DNA of 64,000 nt from an uncultured Nitrospiraceae bacterium (GCA_963706325.1 CAVPLT010000005.1:160001-224000); one strand, 5' to 3'. Shown: positions 1 through 9,244, counted from the stretch's first letter. Notes: a model not told the origin generated them from the letters alone. Translations and numbers: made by a program.

Positions 1-43
1 CGGACCATCCGACCCTCTGCGATCGTTGCGTGGAGGCGGTTCG

Positions 44-565
44 TTGAGCACGACCATTCGTTATCTGCTGCTCGGGTTGCTGAGCCTGGCGATCGTCGTG
101 TTGGACCAAGTCACGAAGGTCTACATCATGGAGACCATGCGGCTCCATGAATCCATTCCAGTGATCGCCGATTTTTTCAGCATCACCTACATTCGCAACC
201 CAGGCGCGGCGTTTGGGTTCTTGTCATCCAGCAGCAGCTCGTTCCGGTTCGTATTTTTCGGGCTGACTTCGATCTTCGCCGTAGGATTGCTGGGAACTAT
301 TCTCGTGCGCATGCCGAAGGATGACTGGATGGGCCAGCTCAGTGTAGCGGCGATTCTCGGCGGGGCAATCGGCAATTTATTGGATCGGCTGCGCTATGGG
401 GAAGTCATCGACTTTCTCGACTTTTATATCAACGGCTACCACTGGCCGGCCTTCAATGTCGCCGACTCGGCGATCACCGTCGGTGTGGTGTTCTTGATTC
501 TCCACTTTGCTTTCGAAAAGCATCCCGATGATGCTCCGGTTCTCCAAGAGAACCGCCCCTCTTAG
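44..565 (+). CDS. lspA: Lipoprotein signal peptidase II
   Basis: Motifs DQVTK, RNPGAAFG, GNLLDR, VIDF and AFNVAD. TTG at 44 follows GGAGG (32-36); the ORF track starts at 26. Confidence 0.95.
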   Translation: MSTTIRYLLLGLLSLAIVVLDQVTKVYIMETMRLHESIPVIADFFSITYIRNPGAAFGFLSSSSSSFRFVFFGLTSIFAVGLLGTILVRMPKDDWMGQLSVAAILGGAIGNLLDRLRYGEVIDFLDFYINGYHWPAFNVADSAITVGVVFLILHFAFEKHPDDAPVLQENRPS

Positions 566-756
566 CAGGGTGTTGAAAAAGTCCGCCAGCTTTGTTCTCG
601 CGAGACACTGCCGCCTCACCATCTCCGCGGCGTTCACAGACATGACGCGCTTTATTCAGCGCGTCGTGAACCTCAGAGGCTCAACGTACGGCTCATAGTA
701 CGATTCGCCTCTTCACTCGCTGCGGCCGCGCTGGACGGCCTTTTTCAACATCCTGC
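565..756 (+). mobile_element. MITE-like palindromic repeat, copy 1 (long form)
   Basis: Terminal inverted repeats GCAGGGTGTTGAAAAAGTCCGCCAGC / GCTGGACGGCCTTTTTCAACATCCTGC. Internal GTTCTCG, CGTAC..GTACG and TGCGGCC are shared with four other copies. Confidence 0.85.
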
Positions 757-851
757 GAGTGCTTATATCCCTGTCTGAGATACAGAGCGGCTCGCTATTT
801 GGAGGCTGTTAGGGTAGGTTTCAACAGGTCTCCGAGCTCTCCCGTTACCGG

Positions 852-1109
852 CTACGCCGGCAGGGGGAGGATAAACCCGCCTTGTTCGCGAAACTGGCGC
901 TGCTGCTCCTCCGAAAACATGGCTACTGGTTCGCTATGGCAGAATCGACACTCCTTGAGGGTGACAACCGCGTTCGGTTCCCCGATTCCCACCAGGTACT
1001 GCTTGGCGAGCGTGAGCGCCAGGTCTTCATTCATCGTCATCACGTCGAAGTGCAGCTTGCCGTTCTTGCCGTTGACCCAGGTATCGTACACGTGCAGGGT
1101 GTCCATCAC
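852..1109 (-). CDS. DUF2024-like small protein
   Basis: HVYDTWV, HFDV and CRFCHSE motifs; SD GAGGAG; lies directly downstream of uppP. Confidence 0.8.
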   Translation of the reverse strand: MMDTLHVYDTWVNGKNGKLHFDVMTMNEDLALTLAKQYLVGIGEPNAVVTLKECRFCHSEPVAMFSEEQQRQFREQGGFILPLPA

Positions 1110-1124
1110 TTTCTCCTCAGATCA

Positions 1125-2000
1125 CTACCGAACAACGAATAGCACGATGATGCCCAGCACCATGCGGTAGTAGGCGAACACACTCAGGCTGTGGCGTTGC
1201 ACAAAGGTCAAAAAGGCCGCAATGACGGCCCAGGCGACAACAAACGATACGACCAGGCCAATTCCAAGTGCGACGTAATCATCCTGCGAAAAAGACGCTT
1301 GCGATTTCAGCATTTGGTAGATCGTGGCGATGATCATGGTTGGAAGGGCAAGAAAGAAGGAGTATTCCGTGGCGACGCGCCGGTCAAGGCCGGCGAGAAG
1401 ACCCCCCACAATCGTCGAGCCCGAACGGGACATGCCAGGTATCAAGGAGACGCATTGGGCCAGGCCGACCCAGATGGCTTGTCGCGGAGTGACTTGAAGT
1501 AGTTCGTCGATTTTCACGCGACTCTGCATGCGCTCGACCACGAGGATGGTGATGCCCCCAACAATCAGCGAAATCGCGACGGTCGTCGGCGAGAAGAGAT
1601 AGGCCTTAATGGACTTGTGGGCGAGAAATCCCACTAGGGCCGCTGGCAGGAAGGCTAACCCCAATCCGATGACGAACCAGAGATTGGGCTGAGCGCGAAT
1701 GGATTCCTGAATAAGCGCCGACCATGAGGCACCGCTGCGCCTCGTCACCAACGACCGAAAGTCACGCTGTTCCCGGAGCGCATGCGAAGCCAGTGACGCG
1801 AGCTTGGTGCGTTCGTAGGCGATGATGGCTAAAATCGCCCCCAGCTGGATCGAAATCTCCACATTTGAGGCGATGTCTCCCGTAAATCCCAGGGCATGCC
1901 CAACGAGAATAAGATGGCCTGTGGAGGAGACGGGAAGAAATTCCGTCAATCCTTCGATAATCCCGAGAATGACGGCGAGCTCTGGGCCCCAGTTCATCAT
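1125..2000 (-). CDS. uppP: Undecaprenyl-diphosphate phosphatase
   Basis: GLTEFLPVSSTGH and PGMSRSGST motifs; start trimmed to MMNWG. Confidence 0.95.
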   Translation of the reverse strand: MMNWGPELAVILGIIEGLTEFLPVSSTGHLILVGHALGFTGDIASNVEISIQLGAILAIIAYERTKLASLASHALREQRDFRSLVTRRSGASWSALIQESIRAQPNLWFVIGLGLAFLPAALVGFLAHKSIKAYLFSPTTVAISLIVGGITILVVERMQSRVKIDELLQVTPRQAIWVGLAQCVSLIPGMSRSGSTIVGGLLAGLDRRVATEYSFFLALPTMIIATIYQMLKSQASFSQDDYVALGIGLVVSFVVAWAVIAAFLTFVQRHSLSVFAYYRMVLGIIVLFVVR

Positions 2001-2248
2001 ATTAAAATAAGATGGTAGTGGAGATGCTGGTGGTGTGTCGTCGCGCTGAACAGTCGCTGCATATTCCCAAACTGTTCCCCTGCAGTCAAGCGTCCTCCAC
2101 TTTTCTGGTGAAGGATGGCACAGGCTGCAAACGAATCGACGGTGGGTGCTTCGCAATCGGCAAACATGTTGACAAACCGTGGGTCTTGGCATACACACAA
2201 CAAGAGGAAAAGAATCGGATCGGTCCTGATCGAACAGGGGAGGGTCGC

Positions 2249-2977
2249 ATGAAGCATGTGTGGATGGCTGGGCTTGCGCTTATCAGCGCGATAGCCGTCA
2301 GCGGATGCGTGAGTGATAAGAAATACCATGAGGCGCTTGCCGACGCCGATAGCACCAGGAGTGACCTGGAACGTACGCGCGCGCAGAAAAATGCCCTGGA
2401 GCAGCAGGTGAAGACACTCAAGGATCTTAACGCCAAGTTTGGATCGGAAAGCCAAATCGCACGGGATGAGCTGCAGCGGATTCAGCATGGTCGCGACAAA
2501 GAGCGGGACACGATCGACGTCCGGACGAAGGAGCTCGAAGACCGGGTTAAGCAGTTGACGGCGCAGAACCGGAACGTCAAGCAGGAGTACGAAGAGGCCC
2601 GCCGGCACAACGAACAGCTGAAGTCGCTGGTCGCGCGGTACCAAAAGGAAATGAAGGAACGCTCCCGATCGTTGTCGCCGGGTACGGGCTCCTCATCCTT
2701 TGCGGCCCCGTCATCCGGATCCGGCGCATCATCCAAACCGGCTGCCGCGCCTCCTGTCTTCGGCGCGCCTTCTGAGGCCGCTCCGGCAATGTCGGCGCTC
2801 AATATCAATAAAGTTCCGTCGGCTGAGCTGGTGCTCACCTTGGGCATTACCCAGGATGTGGCTGATCGGATCGTGAGCAACCGTCCCTACAGAGTGAAGG
2901 GTGAGTTGGTAGCCAAGAACGTCGTGCCGAAAGATGTGTTTGACGACATCAAGGACCGCATTACCGTCAGCCCGTAA
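2249..2977 (+). CDS. Coiled-coil lipoprotein with C-terminal helix-hairpin-helix (ComEA-like) domain
   Basis: SD GGGGAGG; lipobox VSGC; long coiled coil; Ser/Pro/Ala linker; LNINKV..EL..LGI...ADRIVSNRPY. Confidence 0.75.
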   Translation: MKHVWMAGLALISAIAVSGCVSDKKYHEALADADSTRSDLERTRAQKNALEQQVKTLKDLNAKFGSESQIARDELQRIQHGRDKERDTIDVRTKELEDRVKQLTAQNRNVKQEYEEARRHNEQLKSLVARYQKEMKERSRSLSPGTGSSSFAAPSSGSGASSKPAAAPPVFGAPSEAAPAMSALNINKVPSAELVLTLGITQDVADRIVSNRPYRVKGELVAKNVVPKDVFDDIKDRITVSP

Positions 2978-3017
2978 GCATCTGCACACGTCCACTTCAC
3001 GTGGGCCCCGAGATTGA

Positions 3018-3059
3018 GAAGGCCGCTTGCCGTCAGGGCAAGCGGCCTTCGTCTTTTTT
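3018..3059 (+). terminator. Intrinsic terminator
   Basis: 14-bp perfect stem GAAGGCCGCTTGCC/GGCAAGCGGCCTTC followed by GTCTTTTTT. Confidence 0.85.
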
Positions 3060-3163
3060 GCCCGACGCCGGCGCGGACTTGCGCGAGCGACCCTCCTTGC
3101 TGCATCAGAAAATCGTTTCCTGATAGAATGCCCGCATTGCTCCATGAAAAGGATCAGCCCTTC

Positions 3164-4408
3164 ATGCGCCGTGTGAGTTTGATCATCGGAGTGCTCGCCA
3201 TCGGCCTTGCCATTGCAGGCTATGTGTTTTTTAACGGCGAGCGGCGGGCTCCGGTTCGGTATCGCACCGTTCCTGTCGAACGAGGGACGATTGTGTCTCT
3301 GGTGACGGCCACGGGAACCATCAACCCCATTACCACGATTCAGGTCGGCAGCCAGGTCTCGGGCATGATCGAAAGCCTCCACGCCGATTTTAACTCCAAG
3401 GTGAAAGCGAATCAGGTGGTGGCGCGTATCGATCCGTTCCCCTATCAGGCGAGACGTGATCAAGCGGTCGCGAGTCTTGCCAATGCGAGAGCGGCGTTCG
3501 ACAAGGCGCGGATCGATTTGGCCCAGCGGCGCCGGGAATTGGATCGGGCCAAGTCGCTCATCGGGCAACAGTTCATTTCTCAAAACGAGGTCGACGTCGC
3601 TTTGACGGCTTCCGAAGGCGCGGCGGCTCAATTAAAGGTGACAGAAGCCGCAGTCAAGCAGGCCGAAGCGATGTTGCAAGCGGCTGAGCTGGACTTGAAG
3701 TATACGGTGATCCGTTCGCCGGTCGACGGGGTGGTCATCTCCCGCCTCGTCGAGGTCGGGCAACGCATCTCCGCCAGCTTCTCCATCCCCACTCTTTTTC
3801 TGATTGCGGAAGATGTGACCAAGATGCAGGCCGATACCAATGTCAGTGAAGCTGACATCGGTGGAGTGGCGGAGGGAAAGGAGGCGTCGTTTACGGTCGA
3901 TGCCTATCCCGGCGAACGATTCCAGGGGCGCGTGCGGCAGGTCAGAAATGCGCCGATCAACATTCAAAATGTAGTCACCTATGATGTCGTGGTCGAATTC
4001 AAAAATCCGGAGTTTCGTTTGAAGCCCGGCATGACGGCGAATGTGGCAATTGTCGTGGCAAAAAGAGAGCAGGTCCTCAAAGTACCGAATTCGGTTTTGC
4101 GGTTCAACCCTCCGAAGGCAGTTATCGAAGATACGGTTGCCGTTCGGCCTGCAGGCGGAACTTTTGGACCGGCAAGCCGTCAGCGGGTGCTGTGGAAGCA
4201 GAATGCGCTCGACGAACTAGAGCCGGTCTCGGTGGAGATGGGAATCTCCGACGGGACCTATTCCGAAATAGCCGCCGCCGAGGTACACGAGGGTGATCAG
4301 GTCGTGATCGGTATTGAGGCTGCGCGCGGAGATCGGAAGGGCGCAGATCTTCCTCCCGGGTTTGGGTCTGGGCAGCAGCGCAGTCCACGACGTGATCGCG
4401 GCATATAA
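3164..4408 (+). CDS. Efflux periplasmic adaptor subunit (MacA/HlyD family)
   Basis: N-terminal TM; VGSQVSG, IRSPVDGVV, EADIG and LKPGMTANV motifs. Confidence 0.9.
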   Translation: MRRVSLIIGVLAIGLAIAGYVFFNGERRAPVRYRTVPVERGTIVSLVTATGTINPITTIQVGSQVSGMIESLHADFNSKVKANQVVARIDPFPYQARRDQAVASLANARAAFDKARIDLAQRRRELDRAKSLIGQQFISQNEVDVALTASEGAAAQLKVTEAAVKQAEAMLQAAELDLKYTVIRSPVDGVVISRLVEVGQRISASFSIPTLFLIAEDVTKMQADTNVSEADIGGVAEGKEASFTVDAYPGERFQGRVRQVRNAPINIQNVVTYDVVVEFKNPEFRLKPGMTANVAIVVAKREQVLKVPNSVLRFNPPKAVIEDTVAVRPAGGTFGPASRQRVLWKQNALDELEPVSVEMGISDGTYSEIAAAEVHEGDQVVIGIEAARGDRKGADLPPGFGSGQQRSPRRDRGI

Positions 4409-4530
4409 CAGGACGCAAATGACTCCCAGCTGCGTTCTCGCTTCGCTGGGAGGCTGGACGTACCGAAAGAGTACGCGTCGCCTCTTAACTTGCTCCGGCC
4501 TTGTTGCGAGGCTTTTTTTTCGCATCCTGC
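4408..4530 (+). mobile_element. MITE-like palindromic repeat, degenerate copy 2
   Basis: ACAGGACG..CCCAGCTGCGTTCTCG..CGTACCGAAAGAGTACG..GCCTCT..GCATCCTGC aligns by eye with copy 1. Confidence 0.7.
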
Positions 4531-4605
4531 TTTTCAGTTTCAGTCCGAGAAGGGCTCCGCTAATCAGCGCTGGATCGTCAAGCGCCGCCAGCTCGTAAGG
4601 ACAGC

Positions 4606-5316
4606 ATGGATCACCTGATCGTTTGCGAAAATATTTCGAAGATCTATCGCGTGGGTGACATGGAGGTTCAGGCCTTGCGCGAGATTGATCTGACGATCGA
4701 CCGAGGAGAGTTCCTCGCGGTGATGGGCGCCTCAGGATCGGGCAAGTCGACGCTCATGAATATCCTTGGATGTCTTGACCAACCGACCCGCGGTCGATAT
4801 CTGCTGGACGGGATGGATGTGGGGACGGCAAAACAGGATGTTCTGGCGGAGATTCGGAATCGACACATCGGGTTCGTGTTTCAGAGTTTTAACCTCATTC
4901 CTAGAACCAGCGCCTTGGAGAATGCCCAGTTGCCGCTGTTTTACCGCGGGGTTTCACTCAGAGAGCAACGGAAGCACGCGGCGACGGCCTTGCAGCGCGT
5001 GGGTCTCGCCGGACGGGAACAGCACTACCCCTCCCAACTTTCCGGAGGCCAGCAGCAACGCGTGGCCATTGCAAGAGCCTTGGCCGGGGCTCCTTCTATT
5101 CTGTTCGCCGACGAACCCACCGGCAACCTCGATACTGTGTCGAGCCGGGAAATTATGGATATCCTGACGGCACTCAATCGTGAGGAGGGGATTACCATCA
5201 TTCTGGTGACGCACGAACCTGATCTTGCGACTTATGCCTCCCGCGAACTCATCATGAAAGATGGACAGATCGTGCAAGACGTTCGGCGTGTCCCTCAGCT
5301 GTCGGGCGCGCAATAG
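4606..5316 (+). CDS. ABC transporter ATP-binding protein (MacB/LolD type)
   Basis: GASGSGKST, LSGGQQQRV and ADEPTGNLD motifs. Confidence 0.95.
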   Translation: MDHLIVCENISKIYRVGDMEVQALREIDLTIDRGEFLAVMGASGSGKSTLMNILGCLDQPTRGRYLLDGMDVGTAKQDVLAEIRNRHIGFVFQSFNLIPRTSALENAQLPLFYRGVSLREQRKHAATALQRVGLAGREQHYPSQLSGGQQQRVAIARALAGAPSILFADEPTGNLDTVSSREIMDILTALNREEGITIILVTHEPDLATYASRELIMKDGQIVQDVRRVPQLSGAQ

Positions 5317-5323
5317 GAAGACG

Positions 5324-6559
5324 ATGCTTCCCTTTATGCTGTTGACGGTTATGACGGCATTGCGGGTTCTGAGCCGAAATCGGCTGCGAGCCGGTTTGAC
5401 AATGTTGGGCATTGTGATCGGTGTGGGTGCCGTTATCGCCATGGTGAGCATCGGCCAGGGCGCCCGCGCGGCGGTTCAGTCGCAAGTCGCCAGCATGGGG
5501 ACGAACGTGCTCATCGTCATGCCGGGCTCCACCACGGTGAGTGGTGTCCGGGGAGGCCAGGGCGGAGCGATGACGTTGACGGTCAGTGATGCCGCGGATC
5601 TGAAAAAACGAAGCCCCTTGCTATCCGAGACCGGGTGGGCGCGGCGGGAAGTGATGCAAATCGTCAACGGGAACCGCAATTGGAGCGGTCCGGTCAACGG
5701 CATTTCACCCAGCTACCTCACGATCCGAGACTGGTCCTTCATAAGCGGAGGGGCGTTTACACAGACTGATCTAGACGCCGCAGCCCGCGTGGCGCTGATC
5801 GGCCAGACGACGCTCGAAAACCTATTTGATCCGACTGAGGAGGCAGTAGGCGCGACAATTCGGATCAAAAACGTGCCGTTCCAAATCGTCGGTGTCTTGG
5901 CGCCCAAAGGCCAGTCGGCCCAAGGCTCCGATCAGGACGATGTCATTTTCATTCCTTTCACCACGGCGGAACGGAAGGTGTTCGGCAGTCAATTTCTAGG
6001 ATCGGTCGGGGCGCTGTTCGCGTCAACGGAGCAGAGTGCTGATTTACCGGAGGCCGTCGAACATGTTCGTGAGGTTCTGAGGGGACGTCACCGGTTGCAG
6101 GCTGAGCAGGCGGATGACTTCACAATTCGCACGCAGGTCGATATCGGGAAGGTGCAAGAAAGTACCGGTCAAACACTCACGGTCATGTTGTTCGCCATCG
6201 CGTCAGTGTCGTTGTTGGTGGGGGGGATCGGCATTATGAACATCCTCCTGGTCTCGGTCACGGAGCGCACAAGGGAGATCGGAGTGCGCATGGCAGTGGG
6301 CGCCAAGCGCGTGCATATCCTCATGCAGTTTCTCATTGAGGCCGTCACGCTGAGTCTGGTCGGCGGCATTATCGGAGTGATCGTGGGCGTCGCCGGCGCG
6401 AGGCTCACCACTGCGATAGCGGGGTGGCCGACGATCATTTCTCTCGATTCCATTGTCAGCGCCTGCATCTTTTCCCTGGCCGTCGGGCTTTTTTTCGGCC
6501 TTTATCCTGCCAACAAGGCGGCTCGCCTGAGTCCCATCGACGCGTTACGCTACGAATAG
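5324..6559 (+). CDS. ABC transporter permease (MacB/FtsX type)
   Basis: LTMLGIVIGV, GGIGIMNILLVSVTERTREIG and C-terminal PIDALRYE. Confidence 0.95.
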   Translation: MLPFMLLTVMTALRVLSRNRLRAGLTMLGIVIGVGAVIAMVSIGQGARAAVQSQVASMGTNVLIVMPGSTTVSGVRGGQGGAMTLTVSDAADLKKRSPLLSETGWARREVMQIVNGNRNWSGPVNGISPSYLTIRDWSFISGGAFTQTDLDAAARVALIGQTTLENLFDPTEEAVGATIRIKNVPFQIVGVLAPKGQSAQGSDQDDVIFIPFTTAERKVFGSQFLGSVGALFASTEQSADLPEAVEHVREVLRGRHRLQAEQADDFTIRTQVDIGKVQESTGQTLTVMLFAIASVSLLVGGIGIMNILLVSVTERTREIGVRMAVGAKRVHILMQFLIEAVTLSLVGGIIGVIVGVAGARLTTAIAGWPTIISLDSIVSACIFSLAVGLFFGLYPANKAARLSPIDALRYE

Positions 6560-6630
6560 TCGCACGAGCCACCCCGAAGGCAGACGTCAACCAAGTCTCG
6601 GCTCACCGATGTGAGAGAGGACGCACGATG

Positions 6631-7872
6631 TCAGCAGACGGCTTTTTCTAACTCCGCTGGTATCGTTCCGATGACTGAGCAGATCTCGCGTATCGGCGCC
6701 TGCTCATCCTGATTGGCGAGGTCGATGACGAGGGGGACAATATAGGGCGTGCCGGATGAGTCATGCGTAATGGTCACGATGGGCTGGTGCAGCTTTCTTG
6801 AGTTAATAACGGAGACAACCGCGCGTTCCCCCGTCGTCAACGCGACATAACTATACACCGGGTAAATACCCATCACCTTGACGAATAGCGACACCAATCG
6901 GTTTTCGTACTTGCCTTCATGCCCTTCCTGATAGAGCCGTTGTAATGACTGGTGTGGAGTCAAAGGCGAGGCTCCGCCGAATCCGGTCAGAAGTTCGTCA
7001 TACCGGTCCGTGACCATGATGAGCCGTGTCATATCTAACGTGAACGTTCCTTTGGTTTCCGCCGGAAAGCCGCTTCCATTCATGTAGGCATGGTGCTCCG
7101 CCACGATTTGTTCGACTGCGGGGGAGAATCCGCCGCGACGTTCGAGCAGGATTGCACCGGAGCGCGCGTGAGATTCGTAGGCGCGGCGGTTCAGCTCTGA
7201 GAGGTTCGCGGAGGTATCATGAATTCGTTTGAGAATGGTCTGAGGCACCTGCAGCAGTCCGATATCATGCAGGAGGGCGCCGGTGGCCAGGTCTTGCAGA
7301 GTAAAGAGATCATAGCCTGCGGCATGAGCGAGGATCATTGAAAAACTGCAGGTGGCGAGGGCATGTTCGCCGACAGCGTTATTTCCGTCGCGGCCTTGGC
7401 TGAAGGCGATGAATAGGGCTTGGGTCGTGAGGGTTTTGGTCACCGCATCGATTTCGTGAATGATGTGCTGGACCTTCTCCCGATCGACGATTCCTGTCTC
7501 AGCAATTCGTGAAAAGGTCGACTGGACGGATCCTTCCAGTTGCTGACGCGCCGCCCGGGCAGCCCGCAATTCCTCAGTCATCGTGGCGAGGGAGCGCACC
7601 ATGGGCGCCTTCTCTGACGCGGAGAATCCAGCCTGAACGATATTCTTTGTGAGCCTCCTTGCGGGAGGGAGAACGGTGTCCGGCAGGTCCATGCCACGCG
7701 TGGGATCAATCTTGAGGTGTTTCACTCCTGCACGCCGCAACTTGTCGATTTGCTCGTCCGTTCTTATCAGGAATGAATGCCTGAAAAATGGCGAACGAAA
7801 CCAAGCGAGGTCCAATTTTGCGACATGCATGCCGATCCGGAGCGCTTCAATGGTGATCGATCGGTGTGCCAT
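6631..7872 (-). CDS. DUF3391 + HD-GYP domain protein
   Basis: N-terminal LRIGMHV..LD..W..SPF; LHDIG; HHAYMNGSGFP; GIYPVYS. Confidence 0.8.
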   Translation of the reverse strand: MAHRSITIEALRIGMHVAKLDLAWFRSPFFRHSFLIRTDEQIDKLRRAGVKHLKIDPTRGMDLPDTVLPPARRLTKNIVQAGFSASEKAPMVRSLATMTEELRAARAARQQLEGSVQSTFSRIAETGIVDREKVQHIIHEIDAVTKTLTTQALFIAFSQGRDGNNAVGEHALATCSFSMILAHAAGYDLFTLQDLATGALLHDIGLLQVPQTILKRIHDTSANLSELNRRAYESHARSGAILLERRGGFSPAVEQIVAEHHAYMNGSGFPAETKGTFTLDMTRLIMVTDRYDELLTGFGGASPLTPHQSLQRLYQEGHEGKYENRLVSLFVKVMGIYPVYSYVALTTGERAVVSVINSRKLHQPIVTITHDSSGTPYIVPLVIDLANQDEQAPIREICSVIGTIPAELEKAVC

Positions 7873-7928
7873 AACGTATCAGGACAAAGGGGAAACCGTG
7901 CGGCCCGCCTGGTAACTTACCCTCTCCG

Positions 7929-8564
7929 TCAGTCTCGCCCAGTGCGCGAGGCACCCTCTGTGGAAAGGGCCGCTGGTGCAATCAGGGCGGGGTGATGAAC
8001 GGGTTCCGTGGAGGCGGTTGGCGCGACCGACAGGCATATCTCCATGCGAGGATTGTCGAGGTCTTGAGATTTGTAGAGATGGATTTCCACGACCCGATTA
8101 TCGTTCAATCCCAGCCCTTCGCAGAGCGCATCTTGCGCGATCTTGAGTCCCCCATCCGTATCCCGACGAAGGGCGGACGCAAAGAAAAAATGAATCAACA
8201 ACGACAGGTTCGCCCGCTGTAAGATTTGTCTTAGAGTACCACGATGCGGCGATTGGGCAAGCGCAACGAGAATTTGTTGCCCGACGAGATCTTTGAACGC
8301 GCGTCCCTTCGCTGAGAGTAGGCGGCGTCCATTGACGGTGGCATATTGATGATTCACACTGGGAGGGACAGGTAACGTCAGTTCAATCGACTCGGACGTC
8401 ACTCGGACCATCGGCTCGGAGGGCCTTCGCGGGCTCGGTGCCTTTACGGTTTTTCGCGATGCGCGGAAGGGCGTAAGATCTTCAATTGAGCGCGACGGCT
8501 GTTTGGGTGATGGACGAAAAGAGGTGGACCTAAAGGCGACGGGAGATTGTCGAGGGCGAGACAC
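7929..8564 (-). CDS. rusA: RusA-family Holliday junction resolvase (start uncertain: GTG 8564 or ATG 8411)
   Basis: LPVPPSVNHQY and RRDTDGGLKIAQDAL..NDNRV motifs. Confidence 0.8.
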   Translation of the reverse strand: MSRPRQSPVAFRSTSFRPSPKQPSRSIEDLTPFRASRKTVKAPSPRRPSEPMVRVTSESIELTLPVPPSVNHQYATVNGRRLLSAKGRAFKDLVGQQILVALAQSPHRGTLRQILQRANLSLLIHFFFASALRRDTDGGLKIAQDALCEGLGLNDNRVVEIHLYKSQDLDNPRMEICLSVAPTASTEPVHHPALIAPAALSTEGASRTGRD

Positions 8565-8589
8565 GCGGCGCAAGGGCCTGCCTATTGAA

Positions 8590-9030
8590 CTAAAGAAGAT
8601 TTTGGATTTTCGCGATATCCTGCTCGTACCGGTCTTCGGTCCTGGTGAGGTACCGTCGCCATTCCGCCGGGCTCCAGATCTCCAGCCGGTGGTACATCCC
8701 AACGAGGAAGACTTCCTGATCGTCATCCATCGGGACCAGCTTACGAAGGCGGCTGGGAATCAACACACGGCCGGCCTTGTCGATGTCCGATGCGCCGGCT
8801 TGCGACATCACATGGTGCATGAACAAGCGACTCTGGTCCTCGTCCAGCGTGGTTCTAGTCCGCTCCAGCACCTTTTCCCATTCCTTGGCTGAGTACACCC
8901 AAAGCGTCTGCTCGGTATTTTTGAGGAACATCACCTGATTGCCCTCGCTTTCGAAACGTTCTCGAAGCGGAGACGGGATCAGGAAACGTCCTTTTTCATC
9001 GACTTTGCAGAGGAATTCCCCGGCGAACAT
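8590..9030 (-). CDS. mraZ: MraZ-family transcriptional regulator (orphan, no dcw genes adjacent)
   Basis: Two SpoVT/AbrB repeats, VDEKGRFLIP and IDKAGRVLIP, plus LEIW; SD GGAGG. Confidence 0.85.
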   Translation of the reverse strand: MFAGEFLCKVDEKGRFLIPSPLRERFESEGNQVMFLKNTEQTLWVYSAKEWEKVLERTRTTLDEDQSRLFMHHVMSQAGASDIDKAGRVLIPSRLRKLVPMDDDQEVFLVGMYHRLEIWSPAEWRRYLTRTEDRYEQDIAKIQNLL

Positions 9031-9046
9031 TATCGACATCCTCCGG

Positions 9047-9244
9047 TCACGAACGCGGTAGGGACACGGGACGTTCTTGAAGCCATCGTTCCAAGTCCGT
9101 CCGGACAAAGCGCCATTCCTTGCCCAGCTTGAAACCAGGCAGATGACGGTCCTGGATGTAACGAAAGAGCGTACGAGGGCTGACTTTGAGATAGCGGCAT
9201 GTCTTCGCCACCGTGAGGAGTTCGTTCTTGAGATCGGTTGTCAT
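9047..9244 (-). CDS. Excisionase-like HTH DNA-binding protein (HTH_17)
   Basis: LLTVAKTCRYLKVSPRTLFRYI..LPGFKLGKEWRF..DLERWL. Confidence 0.85.
   Translation of the reverse strand: MTTDLKNELLTVAKTCRYLKVSPRTLFRYIQDRHLPGFKLGKEWRFVRTDLERWLQERPVSLPRS

Noticed and set aside
507..698. ORFs reading LKKSASFVLA/LKNSASFA (also 4314-4598, 12596-12832, 38769-39143)
   Set aside because: They are translations of the palindromic repeat and overlap real genes; they are not independent proteins.
7929..9244. Prophage call from rusA plus the excisionase-like gene
   Set aside because: No integrase, att/tRNA site, replication or structural genes; composition matches the flanking genes.
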